DNA from: Candidatus Omnitrophota bacterium | Lineage (GTDB): Bacteria; Omnitrophota; Gorgyraeia; Zapsychrales; Zapsychraceae | Direction: 5' to 3' | Assembly (NCBI GenBank): GCA_050250375.1 | Contig: JBFWOS010000001.1 | Location: 407,090-471,089 of the forward strand | Length of the DNA: 64,000 nt | The notes under the pieces: generated by a model | What the model was told of the DNA's origin: nothing | Databases searched by the model: none | What the model saw: only the letters and a program-made list of their open reading frames with translations | Shown here: one piece after another, positions 29,309-40,417 of the stretch | Layout: each line of letters opens with the position of its first letter | How positions within the stretch are numbered: the stretch's first letter is position 1 | Program-made: the position numbers and the translations under genes

Positions 29309-30200
29309 TTATCCTCGCGGATGAAACTCCCGATGAACTGACTTTAGTCTTTCTTTGTCAACATGAGTATAAATCTGTGTCGTCGAAATATCCGCGTGCC
29401 CCAACATCTCCTGAACAGACCTTAAGTCGGCACCATTCTCCAATAAATGAGTAGCAAAGGAGTGTCTTAACGTATGCGGTTTAATTTCCTTCTTGATATT
29501 GGCCTTCTTCGCATGTTGTTTGATAATCTTCCAGATACTTTGCCGGCTGATTCTTTTTCCTAATCGGCTTAAAAACAATTGAACGGGCATTGCATTCTTG
29601 GCAAGCTTCACCCGAACGTTTTCACAATAATTAATTACCGCCTCTTTGGATCGTCGACCGATAGGTATAATTCGTTCTTTGTTTCCTTTTCCGATGCACC
29701 GGACAAAACCGACACTTAAGTCTATATTTTCTAGCTTCAAGTTCGACAATTCAGACACCCGCATACCACTCGCATAAAACAACTCTAAAATGGCTTTATC
29801 ACGAACGGCCTGCCACCCTTTCCCTTTAGAAACGTTGATCATAGATTCAATTTCCGAGGCTGTCAGCACATCCGGAATACGTTTCCAAAGTTTCGGTGTT
29901 TCCACTAAGTTGGTGGGATCTTCTTTGGCTAAACGCTCTCTGACCAAAAACCGGTGAAACGTCTTTATTGCCGCCAATGCTCTACAAATAGAGTTGGTTG
30001 ATAACTTCTTCTCCTTTTGATCGTACATAAAGTCTGTCACATGCTTTCTAACGACTGAATCCGCCTGAAAAACACCATTCCTCTTTAGAAATTGGGCGTA
30101 CTTCAACAAGTCCCTCCGGTATGCCAATAGAGTATTATTGGCTAACCCTCTTTCAACCGCAAGATAGTTTATAAATTCTTCAATATTCTTTATGAGCATC

Positions 30201-30220
<20 letters not shown>
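29309..30220 (-). CDS. Tyrosine recombinase XerC/XerD
   Basis: C-terminal R…HxxR…Y catalytic region (LRHSFATHLLENGADLRSVQEMLGHADISTTQIYTHV). It is chromosomal-type, and ftsK is nearby. Confidence 0.85.
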
Positions 30221-32986
<2,766 letters not shown>

Positions 32987-33125
32987 CATTATGGAATAAA
33001 CTGTTGTAGTTAACAATAAAACAAGTTAGTAGTTTATCATTAATTAATAACGACGTCAAACATTTGGGTTTTACAACCACAACGTAAGACATTATGGGGT
33101 AATTACTTATGAAGTTTCTATGATT

Positions 33126-33560
33126 TTAATTTTCTTTAATCCCAAAACCAATTTCCGCTTCAGATACCAGTTTATCACGGACGAAGGCTTTGGTTTTCAA
33201 GAAACCTGCCTTGGGAAGGAGTTTTATACCCGTTACTTCAATCCTAAGCTGGTCCCCGGGTACGACCGGAGCAATAAACTTAGAAGTAACTTTGGCTAAA
33301 TAATAGATCAAATCTTTACCCTGCATATTTTTGCTGTAATAAAAATAAATACATCCAGCCTGGGCCATGGCTTCAATAATCAATACACCCGGCATCACTT
33401 TTTCTTCAGGAAAATGTCCGACAAAATAATTTTCATTGATGGATACGTTCTTGATGGCCACGAGTTTTTCATTAGGAACCAATTCGGTCACTTTATCAAT
33501 CATTAAAAATGGAAAACGATGGGGGATGATCTTTTGTATTTCTCGTATGTCTAACTGCAT
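33126..33560 (-). CDS. fabZ: 3-hydroxyacyl-ACP dehydratase FabZ-like
   Basis: HRFPFLMIDKV…GHFPEEKVMPGVLIIEAMAQ hot-dog fold signature. Confidence 0.85.
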   Translation of the reverse strand: MQLDIREIQKIIPHRFPFLMIDKVTELVPNEKLVAIKNVSINENYFVGHFPEEKVMPGVLIIEAMAQAGCIYFYYSKNMQGKDLIYYLAKVTSKFIAPVVPGDQLRIEVTGIKLLPKAGFLKTKAFVRDKLVSEAEIGFGIKEN

Positions 33561-33588
33561 TATAATATTTCCTCTCTCAAAAATTATG

Positions 33589-34341
33589 TTACCTCATGGC
33601 TAAACCACCGTCAACGACAATTACTTGTCCCGTTATATATCCGGCGGCTTCACTCAAAAGAAAGGCAACGCAATTTGAAACATCTTCCGGCGTTCCAATT
33701 CGCCCTAGTGGTATTTCTTGTTTAAATTGCACCATCTGTTCTTCTGTAAACTTGGATAAAATCTCTGTCTGGATAAAACCCGGGGCGATTGCATTGACCT
33801 TCACATTAAACCGCGCAACTTCCTTGGCCAATGCTTTAGTAAATGCGTTCATTCCCCCCTTGCTTGCAGAATAATTAGTCTGTCCAACCAGTCCAATCAC
33901 ACCGCTGATTGACGAAATATTAATAATATCCCCCTGTTTCTGTTTCATAAATGAAACAATGCAATGCCGGCATACATTAAACATCCCGTTGAGATTGGTA
34001 TCTATAACCTTGTGCCACTGTTCCGGCGCCATCATCATTAAGGCCTTATCGTCAATAACACCGGCATTGTTGACCAGAATGTGAAATTCCCCGAATTCCT
34101 GTTTAATTTCATCAATCCATGTTTTTACGGCACCATAATCCGCGATATTTACAGATTTTTTATGGCAACGGACACCCTTTTCCTCCACGAGATCATAGAG
34201 CGTTTGTGCCTCGGACTCACTGGTTAAATAATTAAAGGCGATGTTGCAACCCAAAGAAGCTAATTTAATAACAATATCCCGGCCGATTCCCCGGCTCGCA
34301 CCGGTAACGATGGCCACTTTTCCATTTAAATTATGATTCAT
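33589..34341 (-). CDS. fabG: 3-oxoacyl-ACP reductase (SDR) FabG-like
   Basis: TGASRGIG…NNAG…S…YSASK catalytic tetrad. Confidence 0.8.
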   Translation of the reverse strand: MNHNLNGKVAIVTGASRGIGRDIVIKLASLGCNIAFNYLTSESEAQTLYDLVEEKGVRCHKKSVNIADYGAVKTWIDEIKQEFGEFHILVNNAGVIDDKALMMMAPEQWHKVIDTNLNGMFNVCRHCIVSFMKQKQGDIINISSISGVIGLVGQTNYSASKGGMNAFTKALAKEVARFNVKVNAIAPGFIQTEILSKFTEEQMVQFKQEIPLGRIGTPEDVSNCVAFLLSEAAGYITGQVIVVDGGLAMR

Positions 34342-35575
34342 ATTTTCCTAAGACCATACAGGCATGGTTTCCGCTGGGGCCAAATGAATTGATTAAAATA
34401 TTTCTTACTTTTGACTCCCGCGATTGGTTTGGCACATAATCAAGGTCACATTCCGGATCGATCTCTTGAAAATTTGTGGTAGGAGGAATAAACTCATTCA
34501 CCAGAGAACCCACACAAGCCGCTGTAGCAAATGCCCCTCCGGCGCTGTATGTCTCCCCGACCATGGATTTTATTGAACTAACCGGGATATGCATACTCCT
34601 TTGACCAAAAACCTCTTTTATTGCTTTTGTTTCAATTTGATCTGCCGATAAGGTAGAATTGGCATTCGCGCATATGTAATCAATATCGTGGATTCCGATT
34701 TTTGCATCATTCAAGGCATCCTTCATTGCCTCAATCATTCCGACTCCACGCGGGTTAAATTTATTGAGACGGTACGGATCAAAATAATAACCGAAGCCGA
34801 GAATTTCAGCCATGATCACCGCATTCCGCTCGAGGGCATGATCAAGTTCTTCAAAAGCTAACAAACAGGCCCCCTCACCAAACGTTATCCCGTTTCTACG
34901 GCGGTCAAACGGACAACTGATATACCGGCTCCCCTCTACGGAACCCGATAAATACTGCAAGGCGTGAAACCCGAGAAAAGTCGGTTCACATAATTCCTCA
35001 ACACTTCCGGTATAAACCATTTTAACCCTGCCCATCTTAATAAAATCGCAGGCGTAACTCATGGCATCAAGGCTGGCCGTGAATCCGGTAGAAATAGTTG
35101 TATTAAATCCCTGAATATTATTCCAAATCGAAACCTGGCTTGCCGGTGAATTAATTACCGTGTTCGGAAAATGGGCCGGATTTGTATACCTGGGACCTTC
35201 CGTTAACGTCACTTTATCAAAGTCACTGATACTTTTCAAACTTCCAAACGTCGTTCCAACGGAGACACCAACATCATCCGTATTTTGTTCGGTGATCACG
35301 TATCGACTGTCATCAATGCAAAGCCTGGCCGCAGAACATAATAATTTTGTACTGCGATCCAATGAACGCAGCCCTTTCTGCCCCATATAAATTGTTGGAT
35401 CAAAATCACTGATTTCTCCGGCGATATTGACCCTAAACCGCTCATCAACGTCAAAGAGCGTGATCGGTTTAAAACCGTCCTGACCGTTTCTAAGAGCTTG
35501 CCAAAATTCTTCCTTGCCTTTGCCATTACAAGCTAAAACACCTACCCCGGTGATCACTACGCGCTTATCCATCAT
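34331..35575 (-). CDS. Beta-ketoacyl-ACP synthase II (FabF) homolog lacking the Cys-His-His catalytic triad (predicted non-condensing)
   Basis: Full-length KAS fold (VVITGVGVL…, SSIKSM…, NSFGPSGNHA). When aligned to E. coli FabF, C163 becomes F (ISTGFTAS), H303 becomes N (YICANANST) and H340 becomes E (SMVGETYS). Confidence 0.75.
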   Translation of the reverse strand: MMDKRVVITGVGVLACNGKGKEEFWQALRNGQDGFKPITLFDVDERFRVNIAGEISDFDPTIYMGQKGLRSLDRSTKLLCSAARLCIDDSRYVITEQNTDDVGVSVGTTFGSLKSISDFDKVTLTEGPRYTNPAHFPNTVINSPASQVSIWNNIQGFNTTISTGFTASLDAMSYACDFIKMGRVKMVYTGSVEELCEPTFLGFHALQYLSGSVEGSRYISCPFDRRRNGITFGEGACLLAFEELDHALERNAVIMAEILGFGYYFDPYRLNKFNPRGVGMIEAMKDALNDAKIGIHDIDYICANANSTLSADQIETKAIKEVFGQRSMHIPVSSIKSMVGETYSAGGAFATAACVGSLVNEFIPPTTNFQEIDPECDLDYVPNQSRESKVRNILINSFGPSGNHACMVLGKYES

Positions 35576-36165
35576 CTTCTATCCGCCATCTGCCTTTCTA
35601 TATACCTAGCCAGAATATCTACCTCGATATTAACCGACATTTGTTCTTTGAGTAATCCCAAATTGGTTTCTTTTTCCGTCAAAGGAATGATATAAACTGA
35701 AAAATATTCCTTAGTGACCGCCCCAACTGTCAAACTCACTCCATTTATACAAATTGACCCTTTAGGAGCAATAAATCTTGCAATTAAATGATCCAGGGAG
35801 AATCGCAACTCAAGATAATTCTCTTTTGCAATTCTTTTTATCAACATCGAAACTTGATCCACATGCCCTGTAACAATATGCCCATCCAAACGTCCGCTGG
35901 ATTTTACAGCCCTTTCCAGGTTAACTTTGTCACCGCTCTTGAGCTTGCCCAATGTCGTTTTTTCCAATGTCTCAGCCATGGCATCAAATATCAGATTCTT
36001 TTCTTCGACGGCCGTTACAGTCAAACAAACCCCGTTAACACAAATGCTGCTCCCCAATCTAACGCCTTTACTAATTTTAGTCGCTTGAACGACTAAAATA
36101 GCCAAGTTTTCTTTGCTGACAAGCCTCTTAACGGTCCCTATCTCTTCAACGATTCCTGTGAACAT
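35572..36165 (-). CDS. ribE: Riboflavin synthase alpha subunit
   Basis: MFTGIVEEIGTV… duplicated lumazine-binding repeats. Confidence 0.85.
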   Translation of the reverse strand: MFTGIVEEIGTVKRLVSKENLAILVVQATKISKGVRLGSSICVNGVCLTVTAVEEKNLIFDAMAETLEKTTLGKLKSGDKVNLERAVKSSGRLDGHIVTGHVDQVSMLIKRIAKENYLELRFSLDHLIARFIAPKGSICINGVSLTVGAVTKEYFSVYIIPLTEKETNLGLLKEQMSVNIEVDILARYIERQMADRR

Positions 36166-36823
36166 CGGCCACCACCAAAATGTCTTTATTAAATTTTCTT
36201 ATTTTCCGAATCTTCAATATACAGGTTTTCTTAATACTTTTAATCAACAAACCATCAATGGAATTTTTTGCCATGGAATCACCCACTATTTTGGGCGCAA
36301 TATAAATATGCATTTGATGGATAATTTTTTCTTTAAGAGCAGCGCCAATGATGGTAGCTCCCCCTTCAATAAGCAACTTCTTTATACCTTTATCTAAAAG
36401 CATCCTGGATAAATAATTCAAATCTACTCTTTTATTCTTTGCCGGACATTGAATCACCTGAACCTTCAAATCTTCTAATTTTCTTTTCTTACTTAACGAC
36501 GCATTTCTGGTTGTTGCGACAATCCATCTATGACCTGACTTGAACAGCCTTGCTTTTGTCGATATACGTAATGAAGAATCAACAACAATCTTCTGAAGAT
36601 TTTTATTTCTTATTCCTGTCAATCGCGGATCGTCTTTGATAACCGTATCAATTCCTACCAGGATCGCGTCAAAACGGTCCCGTTGCTTCCGGGCATATTT
36701 TCTGGTGTCACCGGAAGTAATCCATTTGGACTGGCCGGTTCTGGTTGCAATCTTACCATCAATCGTCTGGGCACATTTCGCAACGACGAATAAAGATTCC
36801 GACCTATTCTTACCCATTTGCAA
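36146..36823 (-). CDS. ribD: RibD-type 5-amino-6-(5-phosphoribosylamino)uracil reductase domain protein (stand-alone, no deaminase domain)
   Basis: AQTIDGKIA…SKWITSG… and LLIEGGATI RibD_C pattern. Confidence 0.75.
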   Translation of the reverse strand: MQMGKNRSESLFVVAKCAQTIDGKIATRTGQSKWITSGDTRKYARKQRDRFDAILVGIDTVIKDDPRLTGIRNKNLQKIVVDSSLRISTKARLFKSGHRWIVATTRNASLSKKRKLEDLKVQVIQCPAKNKRVDLNYLSRMLLDKGIKKLLIEGGATIIGAALKEKIIHQMHIYIAPKIVGDSMAKNSIDGLLIKSIKKTCILKIRKIRKFNKDILVVADVHRNR

Positions 36824-37634
36824 CTGCCTTTAGTTTTTCTACTATTTCATAGGGAATTGTAACTTTCCCCAAATATGTATTCTTCTTTGCATCACCATGC
36901 GCATCCGAACCGCCTGTTGCGACCAAATTGTACTTGTCTGCCAAATTCGCATAAAACTCGATTGTAGCCGGCATACAATTCGGATAATAAACCTCTATCC
37001 CTTTTAGACCCGCGTCAACCAGACCTGGGATAAGTTCATCGACCATAGTAAACATTGGATGGGCCAATACCGGCACACCGCCATATTTTAGGATCAATTC
37101 TATCCCTTCGGTCGGAGTTAATTTCAACTTGGGGGCGTAAGCAGGTTTATCATCCGCCAGATACCGGTCAAACGCAGCCTTGATGTTCGGGACAATCCCG
37201 TGTTTTACCATCACCGCGGCCAAATGCGGCCGGCCAACAGCGTTGCTTTCTGTCAAGGCGCAGACTTCATCAAAATCAATGTTTCCAACCCCAAGGTCAT
37301 TTAACTTACTAATCATTAATTTCATTCTTTCAAGCCGGGAATACTGCAACCGATTTAAACTTTCAATCAGATTAGAATTCTTATAAGAAATCAGATACCC
37401 TAAAATGTGAACATCTTTATTATTGGCTTGAGTAGAAAGTTCGATTCCAGGGATTACTTCTATGCCGTATTGTGCGGCCGCCACCATAGTCGGCGCAATC
37501 CCTTCAACTATATCGTGATCGGTTATTGCTATACACTGGATTCCTAACTGGTATGCTTTTTCTACGACTTCCTGGGGAGAAGATGTACTATCGGAATAGT
37601 GGGTATGAATGTGCAGATCGGCTATTTTAGCCAT
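36810..37634 (-). CDS. PHP-domain phosphoesterase (TrpH/YciV-like)
   Basis: ADLHIHTHYSD…AITDHD…GGSDAHG PHP metal-binding motifs. Confidence 0.8.
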   Translation of the reverse strand: MAKIADLHIHTHYSDSTSSPQEVVEKAYQLGIQCIAITDHDIVEGIAPTMVAAAQYGIEVIPGIELSTQANNKDVHILGYLISYKNSNLIESLNRLQYSRLERMKLMISKLNDLGVGNIDFDEVCALTESNAVGRPHLAAVMVKHGIVPNIKAAFDRYLADDKPAYAPKLKLTPTEGIELILKYGGVPVLAHPMFTMVDELIPGLVDAGLKGIEVYYPNCMPATIEFYANLADKYNLVATGGSDAHGDAKKNTYLGKVTIPYEIVEKLKAVANG

Positions 37635-37635
37635 A

Positions 37636-38058
37636 TCAAGATTTTTTTTCGGCCATTTCAGTTTTATGAATTTTGTCTAGAATTCCATTGACGAACTTGC
37701 TGGACTCCACGTCTCCATACTTTTTGGCTAACTCGACCGCTTCGTTGATTGAAACCTTCGGAGGAATATCTTCGGCATATAACAGTTCATAGACACCCAT
37801 GCGTAAAATATTTCGATCAATAATAGCCATCCGCTTCAATTGCCAATTGGTCGCGTATTTGGAAATCTTCTCATCAATGATTGTAATATTACTTTCCACC
37901 CCTAATACGATTCGGTCTGAAAAGTTATGTACGGTCTGATCAAACTTTTCTTTCTGGACCCAATAATTCTCGTTCGCTGCCGTTATGGTCCTTTTTGTTA
38001 CCTCGGCCTGATAAAGTATTTTTAAAGACTCTTCTCGCCCTTTACTTCTCTTTCGCAT
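37636..38058 (-). CDS. nusB: Transcription antitermination factor NusB
   Basis: NusB fold signature (…[12 protein letters not shown]…), embedded in the rib operon as in many bacteria. Confidence 0.85.
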   Translation of the reverse strand: MRKRSKGREESLKILYQAEVTKRTITAANENYWVQKEKFDQTVHNFSDRIVLGVESNITIIDEKISKYATNWQLKRMAIIDRNILRMGVYELLYAEDIPPKVSINEAVELAKKYGDVESSKFVNGILDKIHKTEMAEKKS

Positions 38059-38093
38059 TTAATTTTTCCTCGTCGGTTATGTAATCCTGACAA

Positions 38094-38558
38094 TTAAATT
38101 TCTGGCAGTAAATTGACCATTTCAACCGCTGTTTCCGCGGCATCCCGCCCCTTGTTGTGACCTTTTGGTTGGGAACGCTTATCAATCAATTTAACTGATT
38201 TAGCTGCTAAAATCTCAAATATTACCGGCTTCTGCGACTGTAGCGATACCTGCATAATGCCACTTGCCACATTATCTGTAACTAATCGATAATGCTCCGT
38301 TTGCCCCTCAATGACGGCCCCCAAACATATAACCGCATTGATATCTTTCTTAGTAGCATATTTAAGGGCGATTAAGGGGATTTCAAATGCCCCCGGAACC
38401 CAAGCAACCTTAATATCCTTTTGAGAAACACCCAGCTTAGACAGTTGATCCAAACAACCGTTCAGTAAACGCCGGGTAATAGTTTCATTAAAACGTGAAA
38501 CCACAATCGCTATTCTGATTCCCTTACCAGAATTTTTCTTTACGGTCTGCATTTTCAT
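38094..38558 (-). CDS. ribH: 6,7-dimethyl-8-ribityllumazine synthase
   Basis: IAIVVSRFNE…WVPGAFEIP…ICLGAVI. Confidence 0.9.
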   Translation of the reverse strand: MKMQTVKKNSGKGIRIAIVVSRFNETITRRLLNGCLDQLSKLGVSQKDIKVAWVPGAFEIPLIALKYATKKDINAVICLGAVIEGQTEHYRLVTDNVASGIMQVSLQSQKPVIFEILAAKSVKLIDKRSQPKGHNKGRDAAETAVEMVNLLPEI

Positions 38559-38621
38559 CGAAAAAACTATAGAATCCTCTTTAAAAAATTTTATCCGAAC
38601 TTCAAATGCCGATTATCTAAA

Positions 38622-39770
38622 TCAAACTTTCGTCTTTTGCGACGAAAACACAGATAAGGGTACACGTTCCGTGACAGACAATCCAAAACCTTCTAAACCA
38701 ACTATCTTTCGGGGATTATTCGTAAGTAATCGTATATTCTTGACACCCAAATCAACGAGTATTTGTGCCCCTAACCCATAATGCCTTAAATCCGGCAATA
38801 GGGAAAATTCTTCCTGAGAATCCTGCTTTACAGCATTATTCTTTAAGCCGTTCAATTTATCAAAATTCAATCGAGGCATTGACTGTCTCATATAAATGAC
38901 AACGCCAGAACCATTTTCATTAATCATTTTAAAAGCGGTGGCTAAAGCACCCGAACTTTTTAACCCCTTGGCCTGAAACACATCGTTAAGTATATTCTCG
39001 GCATGAACACGGACAAGAGTCGGTTCATTAGTCTGGATATCCCCATAAACCAAAGCAATATGCTCCAGATCATCAACTTGGGAATGGTATTTAATAACCT
39101 TAAAATCACCATATTCTGTCGATAGGACGTTTTCATCACCACGTTCAACCAACTTCTGATATTTCGTTAAATATTCAATTAGACTGTCGATGGTACAAAT
39201 CTTAATTGAATGTTTTTTTGAAAACTCGATCAGGTCGTTGGTTCGGGCCATTGTTCCGTCTTCATTCATTATCTCACAGATAACACCAGCCGGATATAAA
39301 CCAGCCAAACGAGTCAAATCCACAGATGCCTCTGTATGTCCAGCCCGGACTAATACCCCGCCTCTCTGGGCACGAAGAGGAAAAAGGTGGCCAGGAGTTA
39401 TAATATCCGTTGGTTTTGTTTTTTGTTCAATGAGAAGTTTCACCGTGTATGCCCTGTCAGCAGCAGAAATGCCGGTCGTTATTCCTTTGGCCGCATCAAC
39501 TGAAATGGCCCATCCGGTATCGCATTTTTGATGCTTTCGGCTATGATCAATTTTCATGGGGTGAAGATCCAATTCATCCAAACGGGTCGCTTCCATCGGA
39601 ACGCAGACTAAACCCCGCGCCTCTTTCGCCATAAAATTAATAATTTCAGGCGTAATGTATTCAGCGGCGCATAATAAATCGCCTTCATTTTCACGACCTT
39701 CATCATCCATAACGATGATCATTTTTCCAGTTTTTAGATCTTCAAGAACTTCCCCGATAGTGTTAAACAT
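38622..39770 (-). CDS. ribBA: Bifunctional DHBP synthase / GTP cyclohydrolase II
   Basis: N-terminal DHBP synthase (DDEGRENEGDL) and C-terminal GCH II domains. Confidence 0.9.
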   Translation of the reverse strand: MFNTIGEVLEDLKTGKMIIVMDDEGRENEGDLLCAAEYITPEIINFMAKEARGLVCVPMEATRLDELDLHPMKIDHSRKHQKCDTGWAISVDAAKGITTGISAADRAYTVKLLIEQKTKPTDIITPGHLFPLRAQRGGVLVRAGHTEASVDLTRLAGLYPAGVICEIMNEDGTMARTNDLIEFSKKHSIKICTIDSLIEYLTKYQKLVERGDENVLSTEYGDFKVIKYHSQVDDLEHIALVYGDIQTNEPTLVRVHAENILNDVFQAKGLKSSGALATAFKMINENGSGVVIYMRQSMPRLNFDKLNGLKNNAVKQDSQEEFSLLPDLRHYGLGAQILVDLGVKNIRLLTNNPRKIVGLEGFGLSVTERVPLSVFSSQKTKV

Positions 39771-39802
39771 GACTTTCCCTCTCTGATGGTTATCCTATGA
39801 TA

Positions 39803-39830
39803 TAAAAAAATCCCACTCAACCGTTGGGAT
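39803..39830 (-). terminator. Terminator-like hairpin plus U-tract in the ribBA leader, about 35 nt upstream of the start codon. It may be an attenuator.
   Basis: Minus strand reads AATCCCAACGGTTGAGTGGGATTTTTTTAT. Confidence 0.3.
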
Positions 39831-39935
39831 TAGTATTATATTATTACTATAAATAATATAGTCCTTTTTTGGTTTGTACTATATTCGAAATGATTAAACT
39901 TGTCAAGGAATTTGTCCTGCCCTATAATACCTTTT

Positions 39936-40403
39936 ATGACGAATGAAATGAAAGTTGCTCAAAAGCTTAAAGTTAGGAAGAAAACCCTGGCTCTGGCCGA
40001 ATCTTGCAGCGGAGGGTTGCTTTCCCACCGTTTGACCAATATCCCGGGCAGTTCACAATTCTTTTTTGGAGGGGTCGTCTGCTACAGCAACACATCCAAA
40101 ACCAAACTTCTTGGCATTCCTAATATGATCATCAAGTCCAAGGGTGCCGTCTCAAGTGATGTTGCTATATTGATGGCCAAAAATGTGAGGAAATTATTTA
40201 AGTCTGATTATGGCGTTGGAATAACGGGGATCGCCGGTCCGGATGGAGGCTCAAAATCAAAACCAGTCGGACTCACTTTTGTTGCTGTAGCCTCCTTAAA
40301 CGAAGTCCTTTGCATCAAATGCCAATTTCAAACAAACCGTGCCTCCAACAAACAACATGCCACAACGCAAGCATTAAAATTACTAGATGAAATTATTCTT
40401 TAG
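39936..40403 (+). CDS. CinA C-terminal domain protein (NMN deamidase PncC-like)
   Basis: LALAESCSGGLLSHRLTNIPGSS…GGVVCYSN…GITGIAGP. Start is taken at the ATG (MTNEMKV); the track begins at an upstream CTG. Confidence 0.8.
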   Translation: MTNEMKVAQKLKVRKKTLALAESCSGGLLSHRLTNIPGSSQFFFGGVVCYSNTSKTKLLGIPNMIIKSKGAVSSDVAILMAKNVRKLFKSDYGVGITGIAGPDGGSKSKPVGLTFVAVASLNEVLCIKCQFQTNRASNKQHATTQALKLLDEIIL

Positions 40404-40417
40404 GCCTGCTAACTCAC

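Noticed and set aside
39831-39960. Possible FMN riboswitch upstream of ribBA
   Set aside because: Only a short AGGGCAGG…AAATTCC resemblance to the 5' end of the RFN element is present. The available leader is about 90 nt and lacks the other conserved blocks, so it was not called.
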